A program made the position numbers and the translations under genes. 64,000 nt of DNA, taken from positions 96,001 through 160,000 of the forward strand of contig CAVQMO010000001.1 of the NCBI GenBank assembly GCA_963713605.1, read 5' to 3'. Positions 55,159 to 64,000 of the stretch are shown piece by piece. The DNA is from an uncultured Nitrososphaerales archaeon (GTDB lineage: Archaea; Thermoproteota; Nitrososphaeria; Nitrososphaerales; Nitrososphaeraceae). The number at the start of each line of letters is the position of its first letter. Positions within the stretch are counted from its first letter, which is position 1. The notes beneath the pieces are model-generated. The model saw nothing but the letters and a program-made list of their open reading frames with translations, ran no database searches and was not told the DNA's origin.

Positions 55159-56397
55159 TTAGCGATCTAATTGCGGAACGAAATACATGTCTCTTACCCG
55201 AAGTAAACAGTGACGACTGCTATTACAACTATTACAGCTATTATTACTATTGCTGCTGCAACATTCATGATTGATCTTTATGTTTAATTGTGGGAATGAT
55301 GACGATGACGATCCTCCTCCTAAGCTTGCGACTTGAATGTATTTATCAAATATTGGAAGAAGAATCTTAATGTATAAAGAAGACTGATGGTGATAATTCC
55401 AAGACACTACGCATCGAGTTCGACTTGACGATATTGCTATCTTCCTTATCGCAGAAACAATTTCTTTTATTAGATGTTTCGCTTCTTTACGATCAATGTT
55501 GGGATCATGAGTAAACATGTGCAATAAATCTGGAACAATTACTAGACACGTGTCAAGTTGTCTAATGATATTAGGTAATTCTTTAATAATTAGATTGGTT
55601 AGCTGATGGATTGTAAAAGCTCTACTTACAACTATTCTTTGTAAAGTCTCTTTTATGTCTAAACCATACTGCCTTATAAATTCTACAAATTGATAAAAAT
55701 CTAAACTATTTCCAGCATCCACAATTACTACATATGGCAATAAAAGTGGTGACGATGATGCTGATGATAAACTGAAGCCTTCTTGTCGCCGTAATAAAGA
55801 TAAAGAGTAGATACATAGTCTGGTCAAGAGAACATTTGTGAATTTTCTATTATTTTTGCTATGATTATTATCGCCAATTATAGCTAATGTATTGCCATCC
55901 GTATTAAGGTTCTGAAGAGAAGAATCTAAAGCCTCGATATCGAACATCAGTTTGCTAATAAATTCATCATACGCCGTCTGGAATTTTGATGAGAGTATTG
56001 GCGATTGTGATGCTAACGATCGTCTTTTGTGGTATTTGTCATATAGTTGCTGTGGTTGTGGTGGATTTTTCCATTCTTTTTTCAGAGTCTTTAGGATAGA
56101 ACCACATTTTGGGCATTCTTCTTCCACATTGATTGTCAAAAGATCCTGACATGCCTCTCCTATTGTCTTCTTTAGTAACGTTCCGCACTCTGAACAGGAG
56201 TATTCTAAGAGTTGGTAATTCATTCTGAATGAAGTGACCGCCATATAAGACCTTATAATGAGTAAGGTGTGTTGCCATGGGGGAGGGATAGTTAGGTTTG
56301 TCTTGAGATAAAATAGTTGTCCATTACCTGAATCAATATTGCACTGCAAAGACATCCTCGTACAGATATCTAGAATAAAAAATTGGAGTTCTAACAA
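55159..56397 (-). CDS. Zinc-ribbon plus inactive RecA/RadA-fold protein
   Basis: CSECG..CPKCG; VVIVDAGNSLDFY..LQRIVVSRAFTIHQL; no intact Walker A; real start probably ~56246. Confidence 0.65.
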   Translation of the reverse strand: MLELQFFILDICTRMSLQCNIDSGNGQLFYLKTNLTIPPPWQHTLLIIRSYMAVTSFRMNYQLLEYSCSECGTLLKKTIGEACQDLLTINVEEECPKCGSILKTLKKEWKNPPQPQQLYDKYHKRRSLASQSPILSSKFQTAYDEFISKLMFDIEALDSSLQNLNTDGNTLAIIGDNNHSKNNRKFTNVLLTRLCIYSLSLLRRQEGFSLSSASSSPLLLPYVVIVDAGNSLDFYQFVEFIRQYGLDIKETLQRIVVSRAFTIHQLTNLIIKELPNIIRQLDTCLVIVPDLLHMFTHDPNIDRKEAKHLIKEIVSAIRKIAISSSRTRCVVSWNYHHQSSLYIKILLPIFDKYIQVASLGGGSSSSSFPQLNIKINHECCSSNSNNSCNSCNSSRHCLLRVRDMYFVPQLDR

Positions 56398-56973
56398 AGC
56401 ATACTATACCAAGCCGGAATAAATTCGAAGATAACTTTCCTTAGTCTGTAGTTTCTATTCCCTATTATTAGATTAGCTTATCTAACGTTGTTGTCGTAAG
56501 GAAATAAGCAATTAGGCTGCTTCCCGATTTTGAAACCGGTCAATTAATTGAAATTGTGCGATTTCAGATATAGATGATCTAACTCAGCTGAGCTCTTGTA
56601 TCTTCCTATTTGTTACAAGTGTCTCCGCTTAACTCGTCTCTCATCTCCTCCTAATTCATCCGCCGTCTTTCGATGACATGATCAAAAAAACCTTTTTTAT
56701 AGTATACCATTCGATACTAATTTGAATCCAAAAATATAGAGGAATCTTGATTAGGGGTCGGCTACAGCTTTCACGACTAATGGATAATTGAACACGTCAA
56801 TCTCCTCCACCCTAAGTCTCAAATTCTGCTCTGTTCTGTACAATGGTAGCATTTATGCATTAGTTGGTGAATTACATTGCGACAATAACCCTCATCTTTG
56901 GGCATTTGCATTCAAATGTTAATTGCACTTCGCCTCGAATGGATCTAGTTACCGGAGAGCTCATTTCGCAAAT

Positions 56974-56995
56974 CCTCCGTCTTAAAGAGCGGAGG
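56974..56995. mobile_element. Hairpin resembling an IS200/IS605 end (remnant)
   Basis: CCTCCG-TCTTAAAGAG-CGGAGG; minus strand AAGCCTCCGCTCTTTAAGACGGAGG; no transposase seen. Confidence 0.3.
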
Positions 56996-57284
56996 CTTTA
57001 ACGAATCGGACAATCTTGCTATGTCGGTAAATGAGCTATGTGTAGAGCTCTGCAAAATGAACATTCACTAATAGCATGGTGCTTCTTGGAAGATCCATTT
57101 CCTTTCATATAATTTGATATCCTTAAAGGTAGAGCTAACTGGCTTTTACTGATAACTGAACGTTAGCAAATAAAAATGTAAACAATGAAGGATTATTACA
57201 ATTCTTCGGCTGTATAACTTGCAGTCGGTAATCTTACTGCTACTCGTAATATATAGATGGTTCATATAGACATATACAAATTTG

Positions 57285-57412
57285 TGGTGCGGTCACCGGG
57301 ATTTGAATTCCCGCCCTATCTTGATAAAAGATCGAGTCCCGGGTTACGGGCTAGCCTCGTATCTTAGGATACATGGAAGGCCAGTGTACTAACCAAACTA
57401 TACGATGACCGC
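57285..57412 (-). tRNA. tRNA-Gly(TCC) with two introns (37/38 and 53/54), encoded CCA
   Basis: Acceptor GCGGTCA/TGACCGC-ACCA, anticodon TCC at 57377-57375, introns 57353-57373 (21 nt) and 57308-57337 (30 nt), each with BHB-like motif. Confidence 0.92.
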
Positions 57413-57540
57413 ACATATATTTAGGCTCGCAAGCAATGGCTATTTATTTCTATGTTATAGTATTTTGTCCGTGATATATGCATCCTATGATCGGAGTTAC
57501 TTAAGCAAGGCTTATAATAACAACTTACAATGAAGCTTGT

Positions 57541-59023
57541 GTGATGAATGAATTAATTACCAAACATGGCAATCATAAAATTCAAAAGGTTAATGATTTT
57601 GAATTCCGGCTCGAAAAGAATGAAAGGAAAGGAATGAATGTTCCAGTTACCATTTTCTCAGACGATCTTCTAATTTCCAAAATGGTCACAGATCGAACGA
57701 TCGATCAAGCTGCTAATGTTGCCACACTCCCGGGCGTAAGAAAGCATGTCGTGGTCCTCCCTGACGGTCACGAGGGCTACGGTTTTCCTGTAGGAGGGGT
57801 TGCCGCAACCGATTTGGTCGAAGGCGTCATCAGTCCAGGAGGTGTTGGATATGACATTAACTGTGGTGTAAGACTGATCCGCACAAACCTGACTGAAAAA
57901 GATCTTTTGAAGAGAGGAATCAAAAAAGTAGTTGATGACCTCTTTAAGACCATACCTTCTGGCGTAGGAAAAACAGGTTCTATTAGATTAACGAAATCTA
58001 GTCTTGATGAAATTCTCGTTGAAGGTGTGAAATGGACTATTGAAAACGGGTACGGTTGGGAACAGGACGCTGAGGTTTGTGAGGAGGGAGGCAAGATGAT
58101 TGGAGCTGATCCAGATAGTGTTACGGAGACTGCTAAGAAGAGAGGGATGAACCAGCTAGGGAGTCTCGGTTCTGGAAATCACTTCCTAGAAATTCAGAAG
58201 ATAGATAAAATCCTTGATGAAAGGGCAGCAGACTGCTATGGGTTTAAATGAAATAGGCCAAGTGACAATTCTCATTCATTGCGGATCTAGAGGTTTAGGT
58301 CATCAAGTATGCAGTGATTACCTACGCCTTTCTGAAAGTATTTCAAGAAAGTACGAGTTAAAAGTAGTTGATAGAGAATTGGCTTGTGTTCCGAATAACT
58401 CTCAGGAGGGCATGAACTATCGGAAAGCAATGTATTCTGCACTCAATTTTGCTTGGTGCAATAGGCAATTAATTACACATTGGACGAGAAAGACATTTGG
58501 AAAACTGTTTGGTACAAGTGAACAAGGGCTGGATATGAACCTAGTATATGATGTCTCGCATAATATTGCCAAGATAGAGCGCTACTATATCAATGGCGAG
58601 GGAACACGTGATTTAATGATTCATCGTAAAGGCGCAACTAGGGCATTCCCTGCAGGGATGTCGCAGGTATCTGAAAGATATCGAGCCGTGGGCCAGCCAG
58701 TTATCATACCTGGATCTATGGGAACTGCAAGTTGGATTCTACTAGGCAATGAGAAATCCCTTGATTTGAGCTTCGGCTCTACCGCTCATGGTGCTGGAAG
58801 AACCATGTCAAGATCGGCCGCAAAGCGAACATACTCTTTGGATGAAGTCAGAAATAATCTCACAGATAAAGGTATTTATCTCAAAGCCCTATCTAAAGAA
58901 GGTATCGTGGAAGAAACACCGAATGCATATAAAGATGTTGATAGGGTCGCTGCAATTTCTCATTCTGTTGGAATTGCAACGAAGGTGGCAAGATTAGTCC
59001 CGTTAGGTGTAATGAAGGGTTGA
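57541..59023 (+). CDS. rtcB: tRNA-splicing ligase RtcB (frameshift near 58235)
   Basis: PDGHEGYGFPVGG, VGYDINCG, GSGNHF, HCGSRG, HRKGATR, HGAGR, AYKD. Confidence 0.96.
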
Positions 59024-59442
59024 AGTCAGAAGAGGATCCAGATTTAGAGATCATAAAAGCTCGAAAAATGCTGAAGCTCAGAGAGCAAGCTGCTGCCACA
59101 GAAAAGCGACGAAAAATCCAAGATGAATCCAAATCTGTAGAAAGGTCAAAGAAACAGACTTTTCTCAAATATCTTTATGACCGAGGGGACGAGGTATTGT
59201 CTGCGGCTGAATCTCAATTTCCGGCACAATCCATGGCGGTAATGAATCGCATACTCGACTTAATAGAAAGAGGAGACATACAGCAGAAAATATCGGGAGG
59301 AGAATTGTTGTCACTTTTCCGTATGTTGGGAGTGAACATCAGAATGAATACAACTATAAAAATCGAAGATCATGGCAAATTGGTTTCCTTTTCTGATAAG
59401 TTGAAGGCTGACAGTGTTAAAAATGAAATTGAAACCAATTAG
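59020..59442 (+). CDS. PDCD5-like dsDNA-binding protein
   Basis: DPDLEIIKARKM..L; 4 nt overlap with rtcB. Confidence 0.6.
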   Translation: MKSEEDPDLEIIKARKMLKLREQAAATEKRRKIQDESKSVERSKKQTFLKYLYDRGDEVLSAAESQFPAQSMAVMNRILDLIERGDIQQKISGGELLSLFRMLGVNIRMNTTIKIEDHGKLVSFSDKLKADSVKNEIETN

Positions 59443-59745
59443 ATTCCGTATGTCTTCAAAGTTCAGGTTCTAACCTATTTTAAGATTTCAGCCAGTTGTA
59501 TAGGGATGTTGGATTAATCCAATACCTCAGAAAGCAAGAACCCTATGATACTCTGTTCTAATTTTAAGTATCAATATCATCTCACTGAATTTGAGGCATC
59601 AGTAACTATAAAATATTAGAATAGTTATAATGCTTGTACTGTATCAGCTATCATGCGAAACCTAGTTTATCTAATGGAATCCCTGAGGCAGATATGTTTT
59701 AATTCGATTGTCAACTACTGATAGGAGTAACTATCTATTGAAAAA

Positions 59746-60492
59746 GTGCACCAAATGGATTACACAGAACTCATAAATATGACAAGAGGTTATCAACTTG
59801 GAGATATATCCAGTAACGAAAAGGCTCAAATTTACAGGATAATCAACTCTGAAGAATCAACTTATAGAATTGCATCATCAAAGTTTAGATTTCGACAGCA
59901 AAATTCCGAAGAAAGAAATGATTATACAGTATTAAAAAGGCTTATCGAGCTTCGATATGTTGAAGAAAATCAAGAACAGAGAAGAATATTCGGTGGAAGT
60001 ATGATATATAGGTTTACTACTCATGGTTTGCTTTATATTTTTGCAAACAAGCTAATCTACCCTCCTCAGCTACTCTTAAATTATAGTGTGAATAGCGTCC
60101 TCAAAACGCTTCTATTTCCGTATTTTGAAACTAAAACGATAAGTCAATGCACTGCTAGATTTTTTGAGGCAATTACTGAGTATTTGAATGAATGTGCAAG
60201 ATTATTGACAAATCAAAATGTCATTCTAAAATCCGAATTGGAAAGCCATGATAAAAGAGAAAACTCATTAAGATATGGATTAGAGGAATTAATCAAGGTA
60301 CTCGCAGTGAAGTTGGCCTTAATGTATAGTGAGTCAAATCTACTAACCATTTCTTCTGCACTTGCGCAAAATGACAGTGCAAGAGTCTCGCTATATGAAT
60401 TGGAAAGTTCAATGAAAGGTCTTATTGCTTCTGATAGGAAATTTATGCATATCTTGGAAAAAACCAAAGGTGAGCTTGATGAAATTAGATAA
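59746..60492 (+). CDS. Hypothetical protein with winged-helix-like segment
   Basis: LKRLIELRYVEE..IYRFTTHGLLYI. Confidence 0.6.
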   Translation: MHQMDYTELINMTRGYQLGDISSNEKAQIYRIINSEESTYRIASSKFRFRQQNSEERNDYTVLKRLIELRYVEENQEQRRIFGGSMIYRFTTHGLLYIFANKLIYPPQLLLNYSVNSVLKTLLFPYFETKTISQCTARFFEAITEYLNECARLLTNQNVILKSELESHDKRENSLRYGLEELIKVLAVKLALMYSESNLLTISSALAQNDSARVSLYELESSMKGLIASDRKFMHILEKTKGELDEIR

Positions 60493-61527
60493 ATATTAGG
60501 TTTAATACCTAGTCGCTATCGGACCTCTTTCATTTGCCTAAAGATCTTTATGCTTTCTTTCGACCACCATCTACCACGTGGATTAGGTGGTGCCTATTAT
60601 CCACTATCTATTCACTCAATGCGTTATCAAATCGAAACGAGAAACTCTACAATAATATTGTTAAATGCGTCTACCATGATTAATGGCAGTTCTTTGAGAG
60701 ATCTACTCTGACATGAACAACGATTACTAGATCTTCAGAATTAATAAATACATTTTGTATCATTAAGCAAGGTGTTTAAAGTGCTAAAATCGAACGCCCC
60801 ATCAATTGCAATGATATTTTTGAATTGTTGTTGCAGCATCGAGTTGCAGACACCAATGTACTCTAATATATATATATTAGTAAAAAAATTGCCAAGCAAT
60901 TTATTCAAAATTATGCATCGATGCTAATAACTATGGACACTCACCGAGAGGGGAGGTACCTAAGTTAGTGCACAAGCAGTAATCCGCTTGGTCCTCACCA
61001 ATTATAGTAAGATCTGCTCTAGTAAATTAAGGATCTAGTATTAATAGTTGAGGTTTACTTTTCCTGCCTTTTCCATTTTTGGATCGCACAATGAGCACGA
61101 TATATCCTTATTCTCGTTACCGCGTTTCATACTATAGAACTTTATCACACTATGATTGTATGATGGGGACGAGTCTGAAGATAAGGAATACCGATCAAAA
61201 AGAAACTTTGCACTAGTTTCATTACTTTTTATTCTTAGACGATTCATCACAATGTTAACTGCAATGTAGTCCTTCTTTGTATATATCCTCTTATCCTAGA
61301 TACTTAAGGCTTTAACCTGCTCTGTGAATTTGATGCCTTAGGACTCTTAGAGTTGTACTTTGCCTATTCATAGGAGCGAGTGGATTAGTCCTAAAATGTC
61401 AATGGTATTATTTTCTTACACAATAAGGGCAGTCATTTGTTTTTAATGTAATAATATCTGACAAACCATTGGCAAAAAATTGGGACAATAGGTTCTAAAC
61501 TATAGTCCCATAGACTCAAAATGTCTT

Positions 61528-62928
61528 CTAGGTCGTATAGACATATTCCCGTAATCCGGCTTTTTCAGTCGATTTTCCTCCTATCTTGATCAATACAAAT
61601 TCCTTATTGCTATGATTGATAGAATCAAACAATTCCCTTCCTATTCCTCTGTGTAATCCTTCATATTCCTCCATTGAAAGCTTCATTCTAGGGCCGATCT
61701 CCTCTTCTAGATTCATTGTAGTTACTATTTCCTTATAGGAAGGTTGAATTACACCACTGAAAACCATTGCACTGCTACCGCTACCATAGGAACCGAAGCC
61801 TACCCTTTTTCCATCCAAATCAGTTCCTCTCCTATATTCAAACTCTATCGAGCTTCTGAACCCCATATACATTGAAGCGGTATATAGATTGCCGATCAAT
61901 TCGGAAGCCTTTAAAGAGCTCGCCATTTTCTTCTCATAAGCCTCGTGGTAAAGGGTTGTCTGCATAAACAGTCTCCGAAACTTCTCATCTGCTTTCATAA
62001 ATTCTGTATCCGCTAGAATAGATTCAATGGTTCCCCTAGGATCTTTTGGAGAAGGCTCTTCTACCCCTACTTCCCTAATAACATCTTTCCATCTAGGAAG
62101 GTTTCTCCACTCGTGTCTTAAGAGGTATGCCAAAGCCTTCTCACCCATCCGTCTGTAGGGGAGATGAACACTGATTAGATCAATATGATCAGTAATGGAT
62201 TCTCCTTCCTTAAGGTCAATTAGACCGTATCTCAATGCCTTTTCTTTATAACTGTCAAAGGCCTTCCTGACCTGTATCAAATATAGCAGATTTGAATAAG
62301 TCCCATTGACCAAAGGCGTTTCTTTTCCGAATGGCCGGTAAAAATCATACTCATTACTAATAATAGTCGACGTGACCTTTTGATCGAAGGCCAGCAATCT
62401 CGGATTCTCCTTGATCAGCATGGCTACTGCACCAGCTCCCTGGGTGTATTCAGCTGTCGAACCAATATCGTACTTAGCAATATCACTAACAATCACAATT
62501 GCAGCTTTACCATTATTTTCTTCCGCACGTATCCAATTTGCATTGTCATATAGAGCGTAAGATCCGCTTACACATGCAAATTTGCATTCGATTCCCCCTG
62601 CGTGTTCAAAAGAACCTTCACCATAAACCTGCTCAAGCATCCCAATCACAAAAGAATTCATTGCTTTTGATTCGTCAAGTGCTGATTCGGTTGCTACATA
62701 CATTCTCCCGATATCTTGGGGTTGCAAACCATTCTTCTTCATTAATGTTAAGCAGGCGTTGGACGCCATACAGGCCGGATCTTGATTAACATCAACTATA
62801 GCCATTTTCCTAATCCCTATACCGTATTCTAGCTTCTGGGGGTCTATTCCCCTCGCCTCCGCAAACTCTTTACAATCTACATAGAGCTTAGGAACGTAGA
62901 TAGCCAGATCATCGATTCCTACTGGCAT
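61528..62928 (-). CDS. Hydroxymethylglutaryl-CoA synthase
   Basis: VATES..DESK, ECKFAC catalytic Cys, EYTQGAGAVA, HLPY, GNLYTAS, SYGSG. Confidence 0.95.
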   Translation of the reverse strand: MPVGIDDLAIYVPKLYVDCKEFAEARGIDPQKLEYGIGIRKMAIVDVNQDPACMASNACLTLMKKNGLQPQDIGRMYVATESALDESKAMNSFVIGMLEQVYGEGSFEHAGGIECKFACVSGSYALYDNANWIRAEENNGKAAIVIVSDIAKYDIGSTAEYTQGAGAVAMLIKENPRLLAFDQKVTSTIISNEYDFYRPFGKETPLVNGTYSNLLYLIQVRKAFDSYKEKALRYGLIDLKEGESITDHIDLISVHLPYRRMGEKALAYLLRHEWRNLPRWKDVIREVGVEEPSPKDPRGTIESILADTEFMKADEKFRRLFMQTTLYHEAYEKKMASSLKASELIGNLYTASMYMGFRSSIEFEYRRGTDLDGKRVGFGSYGSGSSAMVFSGVIQPSYKEIVTTMNLEEEIGPRMKLSMEEYEGLHRGIGRELFDSINHSNKEFVLIKIGGKSTEKAGLREYVYTT

Positions 62929-63059
62929 GATGACATGACTTGACCTTTATAGACAATTTAAAGGTACGTCTAAGCTTATTTGACAAACTATCTTAACTCG
63001 ATTGACAATAACAAATGTCTTCTTATACTGTAAAGAGTCCTCGACTAAGAAACAGACAA

Positions 63060-64000
63060 TCAAAAGTACCTAATTATGTTATAGTAGTTGTCCCTTTCGC
63101 ATGGTCTGTACCCTATCTGCTTTATGGACTCTATTATCTTGCTTGCGGTTAATTCGGTGGACCTTGCCCCAGTAGCGCTAACAACCTCTTCTCCAATAAG
63201 TGTTCCTCCGAAATCGTCTGCTCCATAATTCAAGGCCAGCTGAGCCATACCAATTCCGTTGGTTAGCCATGAGGACTGCAAATGATTAATCAACCCGTAA
63301 AAGACAATCCTAGAGATCGCAATCATCTTTAGTAATCCCAATCCACCTGAAGAATACCTCACAGAACCGTCAGATTGCATTTCAGTTTTGTTGGGCTCGA
63401 AACTCCAGGGTATAAATGACATGAAGCCTCGCGTTTTTTCCTGCAATCTCGCAATTAGGAGTAGATGATTCGCCCTCTGTTCTGTCGTCTCCACCGTGCC
63501 GTACATCATAGTAGCAGAAGACCTAATTCCAAGGCTATGAGCCTCCTCCATGATTCTTAACCACTCATCAGTCTTAATTTTCAATGGACTAATTATAGAT
63601 TTTACGTTATCATCCAGTATCTCTGCACCTGCACCAGGAAGCGAGTCAAGCCCAGCCGACTTCAATCTACGAAGAATTTCCCTTGTAGTACTCCTCTCTA
63701 CTCTCGCTATCATATCTATTTCAGATGCAGATAGACCGTGGATACCGATTTCAGGATATCGCCTTTTTATTTCTCTGAATACTTCTTCATAATACTCGAT
63801 TCTAAGATTTGGATTATGACCACCTTGGATGAGAATTTGAGTTATGCCATATGCCTCCTTAGCCCCATTCACACGCTCGAGTATATGCCTGAGAGACAAT
63901 GTGTATGATTCTGAATGCCCCGGAGGTCTATAGAATGCACAGAATTTGCAATACGTTACACATACGTTGGTATAATTAAGTATAATATTATTAACAAAGC
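63060..64000 (-). CDS. mqnC: Cyclic dehypoxanthinyl futalosine synthase (radical SAM); 5' end outside window
   Basis: Frame is open to the window end with NYTNVCVTYCKFCAFYR; QGGHNP, SLPGAGAEIL, ATMMYG, GADDFGG. Confidence 0.85.
   Translation of the reverse strand, partial: FVNNIILNYTNVCVTYCKFCAFYRPPGHSESYTLSLRHILERVNGAKEAYGITQILIQGGHNPNLRIEYYEEVFREIKRRYPEIGIHGLSASEIDMIARVERSTTREILRRLKSAGLDSLPGAGAEILDDNVKSIISPLKIKTDEWLRIMEEAHSLGIRSSATMMYGTVETTEQRANHLLLIARLQEKTRGFMSFIPWSFEPNKTEMQSDGSVRYSSGGLGLLKMIAISRIVFYGLINHLQSSWLTNGIGMAQLALNYGADDFGGTLIGEEVVSATGARSTELTASKIIESIKQIGYRPCERDNYYNIIRYF

Noticed and set aside
48200..57284. Intact provirus or integrative element at tRNA-Gly
   Set aside because: No integrase, capsid, packaging ATPase or att repeat seen
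60500..61520. Long intergenic stretch (also 34080-34750 and 56400-57280) as possible ncRNA loci
   Set aside because: No recognisable RNA family or convincing structure by eye; a covariance-model (Rfam) search would be needed
256..63792. Numerous antisense or overlapping ORFs in the ORF track (e.g. 1376..1675, 7541..7918, 19378..19797, 21031..21444, 32269..32727)
   Set aside because: Shadow frames of well-supported genes on the opposite strand, no recognisable motifs

Overview
Chromosomal window from an AT-rich archaeon. Gene content (SmAP3-type Lsm, GINS-MCM, aspS-gatCAB, NAC, MBF1, Cache, kelch and PQQ-dehydrogenase accessory genes, intron-containing tRNA) points to a soil ammonia-oxidising archaeon of the Nitrososphaeraceae; this is an inference. 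Positions 1-31.4 kb and 57.3-64 kb are housekeeping: tgtA, a riboflavin operon, mcm/gins, valS, hemD, a P-II protein, a divergent NurA/HerA pair, aspS-gatCAB, a PhoU-like regulator, a two-intron tRNA-Gly(TCC) head-to-head with rtcB, HMG-CoA synthase and mqnC. Positions 31.5-57.2 kb are an accessory region. Its most striking feature is an apparent iron regulon (35.4-48.2 kb) marked by ten exact TTAG-N6-CTAA (DtxR/IdeR-like) palindromes, often in tandem pairs. They lie between the TATA box and start of an FTR1 iron permease, two unknown small ORFs, an HTH regulator, a hydantoinase/oxoprolinase-like gene and a duplicated hairpin-forming non-coding unit (candidate iron-regulated sRNA). At the ferritin-like gene the box lies upstream of the TATA box instead. 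Many genes, including essential ones, are split by single frameshifts, most likely indel errors in the assembly. All calls are from reading the sequence by eye; no database searches were run.
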